A stretch of 63,893 nt of DNA, the filler included, from Octopus bimaculoides (Eukaryota): assembly GCF_001194135.2 (NCBI RefSeq). It is 6 parts of 6 records of this genome, joined end to end, with 100 filler letters (N's around TTAATTAATTAA, not from the genome) between each part and the next. Parts side by side here need not be neighbours in the genome. Positions count along the whole stretch, not along the records: positions 1 to 11,689 come from NC_068981.1; positions 11,790 to 18,230 come from NC_068982.1; 4 more parts are not named here. One strand, given 5' to 3'. Both the position numbers and the translations under genes were made by a program. The notes beneath the pieces are model-generated. The model was not told the DNA's origin. It ran no database searches and saw nothing but the letters and a program-made list of their open reading frames with translations. Positions 1 to 12,877 of this stretch are shown one piece after another (position 1 is the stretch's first letter; each line of letters begins with the position of its first letter).

Positions 1-353
1 GTGTGTATGTGTGTATGTATATATATATATATATATATATACACATACATGTATATATGTAAATATATGTGTGTTTGTGTTAGTGATAATAACCTGTATA
101 AATACACAATTACAGACGTACAGAGATAGGAAATAATTTTTTTTTAATCCTGTTAATCATACGAACTACAATAACACGAACAGTGAAGGTTTCAGCAAAG
201 GAATTAACTATCTGAAATATATAACAGATTTGATGTTATAGTTCAGATCATTATACTGTAACAGTCTCCTAACAGTTGTTTTTAAAAACATTGTGCACAG
301 CAAGCAAATAATTCTGTTGAAAAAAAATCAGACAAGGATAAGTCTCAAATGAG

Positions 354-1249
354 ACAAGGATATGTCTCAAATTATAACCACTTACGTTTTAATAATTTAT
401 TCAAACAAAACTAGTGTTTGAAAAGTTACATCATTTTTCGACATAGTCTCCTTGCTTTTCGATGCGCTTCTTCCAATGGTCCACATGCTTGTTTATTCCA
501 CCAGAAAAGGTTTCGGCTGGTCACACAGCCATTTATACACTGCTTCCTGCGTTTCCTCGTCCGTCGTAAGGTCCAAAAAGAAGATAGTTGGAAATGGCGT
601 GATCTGGACTGTTTTCAGGGTGTTTCAGCAACTCGAAACCTAGTTTTTCGAAGGTTTCTATGGTGTAGGCAACTGTATGTGGGTGTTCATTGTCATGCAA
701 TGATAACACTTGCTTTGACAATAGAGCTCTACGTTTGATACGAATTGCTGGTTTGTTGGCCAACGTTTCACTGTAACCAACATCGGTGACTGCAGATCCC
801 TTTTCCATGTAATGTTCTAGTATAGGCCCTTTCGATTACCCTAAAACGATTAGAATCCCTTCTTCTGCAGAAGGTTGAGACTTCAATTTCTTTTTCGCTG
901 GTGATTCGGGGTGTCTCCATTTCTTGCTCTGCCTTTTTGATTCTGGTACAGAATGATGGACTCAGGTCTCATCTCTCGTGACTATTCATAGTTGTATCGG
1001 TCGAGTAAGCGTTCATCGTAGTATCGGTCGAGTAAGCGTTGACAGATCTCCATACGATTGCGCTTATGCACGTTGGTAAGCTTTCTAGGAGACCATCTTG
1101 CACAGACATTGTGGATGATTTTGTATGCATAATCATGATTAATTTGCGGAGAACATGCCACTTCATCGATTATCACTCATCAGTTCGCCAGAACCATCTC
1201 TCAAGCTTGTTGAATCTTCACGTCAGTGATGGAGGTTGATAGACGTCCT

Positions 1250-1301
<52 letters not shown>

Positions 1302-1480
1302 TCATGCTTGTCCGACAATTTTTAAATTTCTCCAGCCACTTATACACACTTCTACGTGGTAGAGCATTATCCCCACATTGTGCTGAAAGTGTGCTGTGAA
1401 TTTTAGCCCCTACACACTTAGAGAAATAGGATCTTCTTTGGTGCAAACGACCAATGGAGAAGCCATGTTTACTCTGTTAC
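354..1480 (-). mobile_element. Decayed mariner (DD34D) DNA transposon
   Basis: Frameshifted fragments in mariner order: HTH (KIHSTLSAQCGDNALPRRSVYKWLEKFKN), ARWSPRKLT (WVPxxL motif), LHDNEHPH...HPENSPDHAISNYLLFGP (34 residues between the second D and the third site, which is mutated to N), and C-terminal KQGDYVEK* near 431. A (GA)n tract is inserted at about 1251-1296. The right TIR was not found. Confidence 0.9.
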
Positions 1481-3274
1481 ACAAGGAAGAAGAAAACTGA
1501 AGTGAACAAGGTCAAACATCAGCTACATAACCACAAGGGCACCACCTTTTAGTATAGGGTAGGGGGCACTAAAAGCAGTGCGGCCAATCTTAAGAAAGTT
1601 TTGGCAAAAGTGCAGATAAATTCTGATTTCTCTTTGAATTTGGTACAATTGACATATTTAAATTAAAACCAGTTTTTCTTCATCTTTCTGTTTCTTCGAA
1701 GCCATCCAATACATATAGAAGTAACCGAATCAGCATAATTTTGCTGAGGCTAGATTAAACTTATAATTTGGTGAAATGCTTTTACTGATTTATTTGTAAA
1801 AAGTATCACTGGAAATATTTGGGCAGCCTTTATATTTCAAGAATAAGTATAAATAGAGACGTTAAAAAATGTGCTATATCGCAACGAATTAAAATTAGTT
1901 TTTTTTTTTTTTCTGAATGAATCGTGTTGTTGAAATCTTCAATAATAAAGGTAGCTTGAAAAGCCACATTTTGATAAAAATAAAAATTTTAAATTTGGAA
2001 TTTTAAAGAATTTTCTATACAATTTAGATTTTAATAATTACTTTCTTTTAGAAAAAGTTACAGACTCCTAACTAATTAACAAGTAGTATAGATATTTTTC
2101 TTTGATTTTTGATGGTTGATAGTCAAAATCAAGGAGACGAAATACTGAGTGATGAAATGAGATATACTAAACCCAATTCCTTAACACTAAATTATTCACA
2201 CTACAAAATAAATATATTACTTTCTTTTTGGCTCAGTACAAACGCCCTGTATTTTGTCTTTTCCTATTATACTTTCCTGTTACAATAGCCATTGAATGGT
2301 TTCTACCGGGGTGAGGTAGAATCAGCAGCGTTGTGATATATTTTCGAACGATTACTTTTTGTATCACAACATCCACACCACAACATGATAATCATTATTT
2401 CCTTACATTAGCGTGGGACCACAAATTTATAATTGGCTCTACATGAGTATAGCCAATTGAATCATTCTTAGTATATGCTTTGTGTTTATTTTAATCGATA
2501 CCGAGGAGATGAAAGCGTATATTTGGAGATACAAAAATATCTGACCGTCTTCTTTCTTCGACCTCAGACCTCATATAAAGAGTTTAGTTTTTTTTTCTTC
2601 TCGTTTTCTCACACATCTCTACCACGTAAATCTCTTCTGGGTTACTCATGCTGAGTTTCTCTTTGGTAGCAAAACTAGAGAAAGAATGCTACAGTTTCAT
2701 TTGCACCGCCCAAAACAACGCTTTTGCTCATTAAAAAAGGCTTCTTTTCTTCGTTTGGCAAATTCTATGTGGTTGATTTAAATTGGTGCTTTCATCTGTT
2801 ACAATATAAATATGTTTCCATGTATAATGCGCGAGTTGAGAAAATTAATTTTGTGAAGCACCGTATGAACACCTTGATAGAAATGGACTGCCAGCAAATG
2901 GACAGAGGAACTTCAGAAAGGGACCAAGAGGAACAAAGGATCAGTTGCTTGTAGATATGATAATCTGAAAGAACTGCTGGAAAAAATTGACATATCTGTC
3001 AATGGGCTGGATTGAATAAAAGAAGTCAGATAATATTTTGCTTCACTTGCGGCTTCTGAAATGCCTGGAGATGGCTGGGACAGCCAAGAATATATTGTTA
3101 ATAAACAATGGTATAAAGAACTGAAAAACGGTTTTGACAGTAGGAGGGACTGATTTTGGACAGGTTAACATTGGAAGAGGAATCCTTCAAGGAAACTCCT
3201 TCCCATTTTTGCTGTTTATTTTTATTATTTGCGTTAATCTTAGTTTTCAAGAAGAATTTTCTCACGAGATATTT

Positions 3275-4840
3275 GAATATCATTTGATCTAGATAAGTGC
3301 GCTGTCCTAGAAATGAAGAGAAGAAGAAAAGTAGACAGCAATGAAGTACAATTTCCGCACAAGAAGTATATTAGAAAAGTGAACGAAGAAGAATATAAGT
3401 ACCTTAGCATTTTAGAGTTAGACCAGACGATGAACACCAGGAAGAGGGACAATATCGCATTTGAGACATTACAAGAGCTGTGTAGATCCAAGATGAATGG
3501 AGGTAACCTGATCAGTGGTATTAATGCTTGGGCTATGGGCATGCTCCGCTACACTGTGGTAGTTGTGGAATAGACAAAAGAGGAACTAATTAGCATGTAT
3601 AGAACAAGATAATGGTCATGCATGCATACCTTCATACGAGAAGGAATTTGGCAAGGCTTTGTCGATCAAGGAAAGAAAGAGGAAAATGATTGATTGCAAT
3701 AGAGGAGAGTGTGAGGAAGGAGAACAAATCATTACATGCTGATCTTAGGGAGAGTGATGAACGGATTTTACAAACCGCACTGAGAGAGGTGATTAGTTAT
3801 AATGAATAGGTCTTCCAGAATTACAAAAAGAGGATTGATGAGTCAAAAATCAACAACTAGAAAAATAAAGTCCTGCACGGAGAGTTTGTCCAACAAATAT
3901 CAGAGGGAAATGATGCAGAATCTTAGAAATGTCTTTAAAATAGCTAAAACATGGATTTTTAAAGAAGAAAAGAGAAGGCTTTATCTTTGCTGCTCAAAAA
4001 TAAGTTTTGCGAACTTGCATACTCAAGTATAGAATTGATAAGAGTGTGGAAACCCCTCTGTGTAGATTGTGTGGAAACGCATCTGAAACAATCAGACATG
4101 TAGCCTGGAAATGCTCAAAACTGGTTCAGAAGAGGGAACAATAAAATGACATCACAAAGTTGCACAGCGGGTACAATGATGGACGTATCGTAGGTGCAGG
4201 TTACAGTGTGCCAACAAGTGGTACAAATACCAACCCTTGCCAGTCGAGAGAATGATCGAGCGAAACTTACGTGGGATGGGGTATGACAATCTGCAAAGAT
4301 ATGAAGCTGTAATATATTGGACCAGATATCACTCTTCTACAGAGCGCGATCAAAGAATGGATCTTCATTGACGTAGTAGTGTCTGCAATTCAGAACATTG
4401 TAAAGACGGAGAATAAGAAGGCCGGAAGTTACCAATGTCAAGACTTGGCATTGTTGTCAAAAAGTTACCAAGACTTGATATTGTTGTCAAAAACTTCCAA
4501 GGAAAAAGTGCTTTCGAATCAATGTATCAGTCACAACAGATGATAATATATAAGTCAAAGAAATGGAGAATTTATCCAATCACAAAGATCTGGAAATAGA
4601 GATAACTCGCTTGTGGGATCTGAAAATCGAAATAATTCCTATAATAGAAGGTGTGCTATGATAAAAGAGAAAAGGCGCAGAAAAATAGATAACCAAAGCA
4701 CCAAGATTTACAAATATGCAAAGAGTATGAGAATAGCATTACTAGGCTCTGCACACATAAAACAATAAAGACAACACAACCGAGACAAAACTGTACATAC
4801 CTAAGAGACAAACCGCGCTTGACATTGCAGTGAAACCACA
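3275..4840 (+). mobile_element. 5'-truncated non-LTR retrotransposon, R4/Dong-like (RT C-terminus, CCHC knuckle, restriction-like endonuclease)
   Basis: Broken frames give FDLDKCAVLEMKR...YKYLSILE...SKMNGGNLISGINAWAMGMLRY, LHGEFVQQ, CRLCGNASETIRHVAWKC, PDITLL...IFIDVVV and ALLGSAHI*. These are followed by a short 3' UTR that runs into (GAA)n. Confidence 0.8.
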
Positions 4841-4841
4841 A

Positions 4842-4985
4842 GAAGAAGAAGAAGAAGAAGAAGAAGAAGAAGAAGAAGAAGAAGAAGAAGAAGAAGAAGA
4901 AGAAGAAGAAGAAGAAGAAGAAGAAGAAGAAGAAGAAGAAGAAGAAGAAGAAGAAGAAGATGATGATGATGATGATGATGATGAT
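4842..4985 (+). repeat. Compound microsatellite (GAA)39(GAT)9
   Basis: Read directly from the sequence; it abuts the LINE 3' end. Confidence 0.95.
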
Positions 4986-6098
4986 ATAAAGAACTTTATA
5001 TAGGTAAATAACCTAGATTTTAATGGTAGTTTAGACTTTAGTAAAAACTATTTCATTTTTTCTCTTTCGTCTTTGAATTACTAATGCTAATATTAATACT
5101 ATGACTTATGCATTGAAATACCAAGCTAATCTGAGCTAGTTTCAGTGTCATGTAAGTTAGTATTTGGCTATATCAGATATAAGAAAAAAATCACTTCAGG
5201 CTAGCTTACTTAATTATGTGAACAAGGGGCGGTAAAATACAAGCGCAAAGTAAAACTGGTCGACTAAGCCAATTATTACTCTCATTACAACATTCTAAGC
5301 TGGGTGTAACTTATGAACACATCAGAGTACGAATGAAACTGTTAAAACAATGCGCAACACAATGTCTACTATAAGGGTAAATATTTATCGATAGCTGCTA
5401 CGTTCTAAAAAGAAAACTATTATTTGTAATACATGATTTCAGTGATATAGATTGCCTTATATCTGGCAATTTAAATTACTTGTCGAGGTGCAATGTTTAT
5501 CCTGCTTTCGAAACTACCAATAAATTTATGTAATAAATGTGATCATATCCTATCTTTTAGAAAAAGGGAAGTGAAGACAGGATACATTCTATGCTTTACA
5601 CAACACTACTACTAGCCTTGGTGACGTGAAACCGCTTAAACCAAAACCAAAACTAGCTTGCTTGATCAGTTAACTACTTCACTAGCCGATCCAAGAGGGA
5701 TTTGAACTAAAATCTTAAGCTGTAAACTAAATGGTGTAAGATGTGGTCCCTTATCTGGGAAATTTATAGATAATGTATTTATGTATTATGTTCTTCTTTT
5801 TAAACTTTCATTGCGTAATCTACTAAGGTCATTTCTATTCATGAGTGGATAAATAAACACCAATATTTCAATGATTGAATTCCAATTTCCGATGAGGTTC
5901 GCTTTCACGAAGAAAATATAAAGCTAGCTAAAGGAGCCCTTCCAACACTTGCCCTTTAGAGAATTCTCCAGTAGTTTATAGTGGCGGGTTCTATCTAATA
6001 TATTTGCTGCTTAACCCTTTACCTATGTCGGTATTTCATAAGTTTATTCTAAATGTCCACGCTTATTTTCAGATTTTTAGAATGATCTTGCTTCATAC

Positions 6099-6143
6099 CT
6101 TCGGGGTAATATAAAGCTTTCATTTCGTAAGTCACAAGTTATT
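6099..6143 (-). other. Candidate 45-nt internal exon
   Basis: Acceptor TTATTATTTTAACCATCAG and donor GAAG|GTATGA; one open frame (ITCDLRNESFILPR). No homology recognised. Confidence 0.15.
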
Positions 6144-7158
6144 CTGATGGTTAAAATAATAATTTCGAATGTTACATGGACGCCTGAGAAATATGACCCG
6201 TGTATTACGTGACACACAGGGCACAGAGAGTTACGTCGTGTATCCCAGATGAAAGTTAATTGCCTCGGGCACGAGTTGAAGATTACGTTAGTGGGAAGAT
6301 GAGCGGCTGATCCATCGGTCCACACTTATTGAGGTGACAAACAACAATTTTCTCAACAAATACACAATCTCTGATGGTGTGAATTAAACTATTAATTACT
6401 CAACTACACATTTCTCATTGAGAAGCACTAATTAAAAACTATATTGAGTTTGACTTCGGCAGCCAAACGAGAACTTGCATTGTTTAATCATATATAGATG
6501 TATATATATATATGTGTGTGTATATGTATTTATATATATGTATATATANNNNNNNNNNNNNNNNNNNNNNNNNNNNNNNNNNNNNNNNNNNNNNNNNNNN
6601 NNNNNNNNNNNNNNNNNNNNNNNNNNNNNNNNNNNNNNNNNNNNNNNNNNNNNNNNNNNNNNNNNNNNNNNNNNNNNNNNNNNNNNNNNNNNNNNNNNNN
6701 NNNNNNNNNNNNNNNNNNNNNNNNNNNNNNNNNNNNNNNNNNNNNNNNNNNNNNNNNNNNNNNNNNNNNNNNNNNNNNNNNNNNNNNNNNNNNNNNNNNN
6801 NNNNNNNNNNNNNNNNNNNNNNNNNNNNNNNNNNNNNNNNNNNNNNNNNNNNNNNNNNNNNNNNNNNNNNNNNNNNNNNNNNNNNNNNNNNNNNNNNNNN
6901 NNNNNNNNNNNNNNNNNNNNNNNNNNNNNNNNNNNNNNNNNNNNNNNNNNNNNNNNNNNNNNNNNNNNNNNNNNNNNNNNNNNNNNNNNNNNNNNNNNNN
7001 NNNNNNNNNNNNNNNNNNNNNNNNNNNNNNNNNNNNNNNNNNNNNNNNNNNNNNNNNNNNNNNNNNNNNNNNNNNNNNNNNNNNNNNNNNNNNNNNNNNN
7101 NNNNNNNNNNNNNNNNNNNNNNNNNNNNNNNNNNNNNNNNNNNNNNNNNNNNNNNNNN

Positions 7159-7199
<41 letters not shown>

Positions 7200-7217
<18 letters not shown>

Positions 7218-7982
7218 TAACTGAACCTGCGTGGTAGATTTGAAAAATTATAATGCATAAAGATGAGACATGTAATTTGTCCAATAATTAAATGTTCATT
7301 TTTAGCGCCCTTGCTGATGAGAACACGTATAACAAATTATTTTATTCGTTCATTAACGTTCGACACCCAAGCAGAAGTGGTAACTACTGAAAATATTATT
7401 TTTATTTTTCATCTCCTTCGATGTTGCTCTTAACTGTGGTTTGGACTTTGACTGTTCCTTCTAGCTTGTAAGGTGTCCTATTAGGGTCACCTCTTTTGTG
7501 TATGAATGTACACTAATTTTATACGAAAAATATGTTGTCTATTGACTATTTTATGCGTGCTAGCCACCGGTAGAAAAATTTCTCTAATCTTCCCACCCTA
7601 TATATTTTATATATATATGGATATATAAATATTTTATAGCCTCAGGCTGACCAAAGGCTCGTGAGTGGATTTCGTACACGGAAACTGAAAGAAGACTGTC
7701 GTATATATGTGTATATTCGTGTGTGTGTGTGCGCGCGCGCGCGTTTCTACCCCCACCATTGCTTGACATCCGATGTTCCTCTGTTTACGTTCCCATAACT
7801 TAGCGGTTCAGCAAAAGACACTGATAGAATGAGTACTGGGCTTACAAAGAATAAATCCTGTGGTTGATTTGTTAGACCAACGGCGGTGCTCCAGCATGGC
7901 CGCAGTCACATGACTGAATCAAGTAAAACAATAAAAGAACTATGCTATTTTAATCCCGAGCAAGGCTGGGTATCTCTGCTAG
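7200..7982 (+). mobile_element. Non-autonomous Helitron-like element (3' end clear, 5' end uncertain)
   Basis: Ends CCCGAGCAAGGCTGGG-TATCTCTG-CTAG|T (hairpin plus CTAG followed by T), matching the Helitron end at 32310. Confidence 0.55.
7625..7940 (+). mobile_element. SINE-like interspersed repeat nested in the Helitron
   Basis: TATAGCCTCAGGCTGACCAAAGGCTCGTGAGTGGATTT body related to the SINE at 25150-25400; 3' end GGCGGTGCTCCAGCATGGCCGCAGTC...AAGTAAAACAATAAAAG. Confidence 0.6.
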
Positions 7983-8149
7983 TATTTATTAAAATGCACG
8001 TCCTTTCCAGAAAATAACATGATCTACAGACATTATTTAATTGCACTTAAACCCTCAAACTGTGTACACAGTTTCAATAATGCATGTAAAGGCAGAATTT
8101 ATTGAAATGCACTTTTTAAAGATTATATTATCGCCTGTTTTCAAACTGA

Positions 8150-9125
8150 TGTCCATTCTGGTCCAGACAGTGTTGACAACGCAAAGCAATGGAATCGCAA
8201 ACAGCAAGTAATATTTCATTAGTATTTGAGTGCTTCCTCGTTCAATGGCAACTCACAGTTCAGCAATTGTTGCTGGTTTTGTAGCGTACACTTTTATCTT
8301 TTAAGTATCCCCAAAGGAAAAAGTCTAAAGGAGTGAAGTCTTGTGAACGAAGAGGACATTCTACAAAATTTATTCCACTCTACCTGTTAGGCAAGATCTC
8401 CTTAAGGTAGGATCGTACACTATGATGGTAGTGTGGTGATGCTCCATCTTGAAAATAAAAATCCTCATCTTCAAAGACATTTCTAATGCTTGGCATGACA
8501 GACTGTTGCAGCATGTTCAAATGAACGGGGCCAGTCATCAGTAGCATAAAATAAAAATGGTCCATTTAATCTTCTTGATGTAATGCCACACCACACTGTA
8601 ACTCCTGATAAATTAACTTCACATTCCACCGTAACATACGGATTTTCAGGCAATTGCAACGTTTAATTTAAATGTAGCCTCATCACTCCACACAAATTTT
8701 GTTGGAAAGCGTGGATCTTCTAAGCATTTTGACAAGTACCATTCGCAATACTCAATTCCTCTATCTGGATCATCTTCATTGATAGCATGGACTAATGTTG
8801 GGATATAACGTCTCCAATGGCAGCGCTTCAAAATGTGATGGACAGACGTTTTCGAAATCCCTGCACCACGCGGCTCGTACAAAGATTTTCTTGGACTTCT
8901 GTGAAAACTTTCCAGTAACCTTTCTTGCTTTCTGGAGCTAATTGATGTCGCTGGTGTTCCTGAATGTTTCCTGTGTAAATCCTGTACAATTCCACCAGAT
9001 TCAAATTTATTCTTGATTCGAAAGATGGTTATCCGCTTAGCCGGATTTGAGTGAAACTTCCTTCTACTGTCTTTGGATTTCAACTGCGTTTTCAAACTTC
9101 CAGTAGCATTTTAAAATGAACTTTC
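8150..9125 (-). mobile_element. Decayed Tc1/mariner-superfamily transposase, rosa/DD41D-like
   Basis: N-terminal HTH region, [18 protein letters not shown], then PLRSQDFTPLDFFLWGYLKDK. There are 40 residues between the second and third Asp, with an in-frame stop. The right end is lost near a gap. Confidence 0.85.
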
Positions 9126-9314
9126 TTTATTTAAAGCGAAGTTTTGATGCCATTATTAATTCTGATGGATGAAATCTGAAAAGAAAAAAAGGTGTGGGTT
9201 ATNNNNNNNNNNNNNNNNNNNNNNNNNNNNNNNNNNNNNNNNNNNNNNNNNNNNNNNNNNNNNNNNNNNNNNNNNNNNNNNNNNNNNNNNNNNNNNNNNN
9301 NNNNNNNNNNNNNN

Positions 9315-9346
<32 letters not shown>

Positions 9347-9794
9347 TCTCTGTATTTATGTATATGCGTATGTGTGTGGGTATTATTGTCATATGATATA
9401 TGCATATAGATACGCACATACTTATATATATATATAATATATATGCATCTAAAATATATGTGTGTGTGTATGCATACATTTATACATGTATGTATGTATG
9501 TATGTATGTATGTATGTATGTATACCCACAGCTGCGCATACAAATATCAAAACTTCTGCAAAACTAGTGACTAAGCTTAATTTTAAATCCAAAAGCTTAT
9601 GCATTTGGTTGGATGCGTACGCACAATATAAATTTAGACGCGCGCGCACACACACATATATATTATAACTTGCATAAACAATATATCAAGGTACATAAAA
9701 TTTTATCCAAAAGAAATTTTTGAAAAAAACTCATTTCATTATCCTACAGTTAGTGGGAGTGGTGTTTTATTTATTTATTTATTTATTTATCTAT

Positions 9795-9825
<31 letters not shown>

Positions 9826-10189
9826 CTTCACATGGATCCTTATTTCGAAACATGTTTGATATTGGCGCCATATTTTCTTTTTGCTTTGTATGAAAATCTA
9901 AAAGAATTAAACGTATACAATATAAAATATATAAAGGCAATTTTGAAAGAGAAGAAATTATATTTATCATTTATGAAAACATTATTTCCACCCCTTAAGC
10001 TTTCAGAAAGCCATAATACAAACATATCATAAAATAAGTTACTCCCAATTGTTGTTATTCGCGTTGTGATTATTTAATCACGGGTCAGCTTTGATAAAAC
10101 ATATCTAAGGTTAAAGGTTTTCTAGTCGCGACCAGCCTGTATTTTGGCTGGATGTATGAGACTATATTATTTAACAACTGCTCGATACC

Positions 10190-10380
10190 GGCTAGCTGGC
10201 AGAATCATTAGCACACCGGACAAAAGCATTGACTTTACATTTTGAGTTCAAATTCCGCTGAGGTCGACGTTACCTTTTGACGTCGATAATATAAGTACCT
10301 ATCAAGTCCTGGAGTCGATGTAATCGACTAACCACCCACTTCAGATTTTAGTCCTTGTACCTGTAGTAGAAAGGATTACC
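10190..10380 (+). mobile_element. SINE family A copy (GCTGGCAGAATC...GAGGTCGAC...AAGTACC)
   Basis: Aligns by eye to more than 12 other copies in the window. Confidence 0.75.
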
Positions 10381-10484
10381 AAATGTATCATTTCTTTATT
10401 TAAGACAATAGGGCATGACTGGAGTAAGTTTTTTTTTCTGCTTTGTCTAATAGATCAAGCGGTCACGTAAAAATCTCTACGCTA

Positions 10485-10868
10485 ATTCGTATGGAGTTTC
10501 AGTAAACTAGCAGAAGCCAAGTGCGCAAAAGGAGGGCAGAAAAAGCGCTTCAAAAATATATTCAAAGCCTTACTGAAGTGCCTTGAGATCAACCTGAGAA
10601 ATACAGGCACAGGACCGCCCTGCCTGGCATAGCTGCATCAATAGATGTACCACTTACGAACAGGATAGGAACGCAGAAAAAGGTGAGCTGCGCAAGTCAA
10701 GAGCAAACTCCTTAAATTACCTTCATTTCCAGTAGACCACCAGTGCCCGACTTGCGGCAGAATCTTCCGAGCACGCGACAGCCTGATCGGCCACGGCTGG
10801 ACGCACCGTAACCAATCTTCTTCTCCCATGTGATATCCTGATCATCGTCGACAACGATGGACGAACAG
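10485..10868 (+). mobile_element. RTE-clade LINE 3' end
   Basis: Fragments GGQKKRFK, QAQDRPAWHSCI and CPTCGRIFRARDSLIGHGWTH (the RTE C-terminal C2H2-like motif), then the tail ATCGTCGACAACGATGGACGAACA. Confidence 0.75.
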
Positions 10869-10885
10869 TATTATTATTATTATTT

Positions 10886-11037
10886 TATGTTTGACTTTTG
10901 TTTTGCATTTGTACAAGTTGGATCCAAGTCTCACCCAGAGACCTCAAGAGACAACAAGTTAGAAGTTCATGTAGGTGTTATGCCTAGGGTACCATATATT
11001 TGGATTTGTACAGTTTTGTTCAAGTGAATGTTTAAGA
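10886..11037 (-). mobile_element. Short LINE 3'-UTR fragment flanked on both sides by (TAA)n, possibly R4/Dong-related
   Basis: (TAT)n at 10869-10885 and (ATT)n at about 11038-11081 flank it. It shares ACAAAACTGTACA with the 3' UTR of the 3275-4840 element. Confidence 0.4.
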
Positions 11038-11083
<46 letters not shown>

Positions 11084-11214
11084 CTGACAGAACGAAAAGC
11101 AAGGAGCATTCTAACGGTCAGAGGTTATCCAGATCTCCATTTTGTTCAACATTTACGTCACAACTGCCAAATTTAATTAACTGTTGTTGATATTGTCGTT
11201 ATTGCTGTTGTTGT

Positions 11215-11420
11215 TGTTGTTGTTGACAGGATCCACGCCTACTCTGATCGGGAAAACTTTGGAACAAATGCAACATAGCTATAACTATCCAACCTTTTCT
11301 CTTTTCATTTTTTTTTTTTATTTCAAACACATTCTGTCTAGATGCACATTATCCTAGGGGGCTACCATTTTTAAGACGGTAGGATATGATTTGATGGATA
11401 TTTTAGTGATATATCTAGCA
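11215..11420 (+). repeat. Unclassified ~200-bp interspersed repeat (family B)
   Basis: Motifs such as CTGATCG..., TTCCAGC..TGACCAT and GATTT..CTGCTATTTCTAGC recur at about 18925, 29800, 31830, 39480, 46285, 54330 and 55560. Confidence 0.55.
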
Positions 11421-11689
11421 ATACACATATACACACACTCTCACAAACACACATACTGTTGAATCTGTAATTAATAAATTTGTAATTAATGAATAGTTAT
11501 TAATTTATCCATCTCTATTTCCTTATTTCTCTTAAATAATTGTAAACCTCGGTTAATCTAATTAACTTAGTGTTGAATATTAAATATATTATTCAACAGT
11601 TAAAATAGGTAATATGCCAGTACATTCAGTGGATTTTTAATCCTCTGCTCAGGTAGGTAACCTTTAATTTGAACTTTTATATATATATA

Positions 11690-11789
11690 NNNNNNNNNNN
11701 NNNNNNNNNNNNNNNNNNNNNNNNNNNNNNNNNTTAATTAATTAANNNNNNNNNNNNNNNNNNNNNNNNNNNNNNNNNNNNNNNNNNNN
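11690..11789. other. Artificial 100-bp scaffold spacer N44-TTAATTAATTAA-N44 (also at 18231, 44967, 50005 and 61445)
   Basis: Identical layout five times; TTAATTAATTAA gives stops in all six frames. Confidence 0.95.
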
Positions 11790-12828
11790 TATACATACCT
11801 ACATACATACATGCATGAATACATATATACTTACATAGATGCATGCATACATAGATACATATATACATACATGCCTACACATTCATTCTCAGAGGAAGTA
11901 ATCGATAGATAATGAAATACGAAATGATGTCAAAGTAACATGAAAATATATGTAAGGTGTGACTTTGCGAATGCGATAGTGGTTAGGATGAAAATAAAAC
12001 GGAAAGAGAAAAGAAAATGCTGAGAAAGAGAGGAATTATGAAGGAAAGGAAAGATAGAAAAAAGGACGAACGACTGAAACAAAGAATGAAAGAAATATAG
12101 AAAGATAGAAAGAAAATGAGCAGTAGTGGCTAGGAGCTTCAGAAAACTTTCATGTGAAATATATGAAAATATCCACTTATTTGCTATGATATGAAATGGG
12201 AAAGATAAAAAGGCGTGAGTATTAGAATGGAATATTACATGTTATTGTACAAGAGCAAGTGAAATGAATAATAAAGAAAAGTAGTATTGAAGAAAAATAT
12301 ATTGAAAAGGAAACAAAATAAAGAAAGTTTCCGGATGTAATAGAGTGGAAAAAAGTGGGAAACAATGTAATGAAGGACAAGCAGTAAGTGTGACAAAGAA
12401 ACAGTTTGAAAGGAAGATACAATGAAACCTTCATTGATGATATTGTTTGGTCGAAATGAATGTAAAATTGGAAAATGTCTAATCGAGACTATGCAGAAGA
12501 AGAACTATCGGCGAGATAAAAGATATATTATAAAACGAATAATATTTAGCAGGGAAAACAAGTATAAATATTTGTGTAGATACAAAGAAAGACAAAGAAA
12601 AAAAAATGGGGATACGGAGATTAAAGCGAAACAGAATTTTTTTTTCCATAATAAATGGGAGATATGTTGCTTTATATAAAGGGAAGTAATTTTGAACGGT
12701 AGAAGAAAATATGGAAGGGAAAATAAAATAAGGCAAATATTGAAGTACAAAAAGCCACATATTCATACACGAATACATATATGCATATACATGCAGAGCA
12801 TATATCACACACTTATACACGCACAATT

Positions 12829-12877
<49 letters not shown>

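Noticed and set aside
6081-6126. Plus-strand exon candidate (NDLASYLRGNIKLSF, donor GTAAGT)
   Set aside because: It overlaps an equally plausible minus-strand candidate, has no partner exon, and such sites arise by chance in AT-rich DNA.
6432-7284. Long ORFs of 240-400 aa in the track (also at about 20, 34, 43, 46.5, 50.6 and 57.5 kb)
   Set aside because: They consist of N runs and dinucleotide-repeat translations (YI, HT, CV, RE, LS).
10050-10105. Partial similarity to miR-2 (ATCACGGGTCAGCTTTGAT)
   Set aside because: The seed is mismatched, and the flanking hairpin has a 4-nt loop with poor pairing.
11734-11745. Recurring TTAATTAATTAA palindrome (five copies)
   Set aside because: It is always centred in exactly 44+44 N, so it is an artificial six-frame-stop scaffold spacer and not biology.
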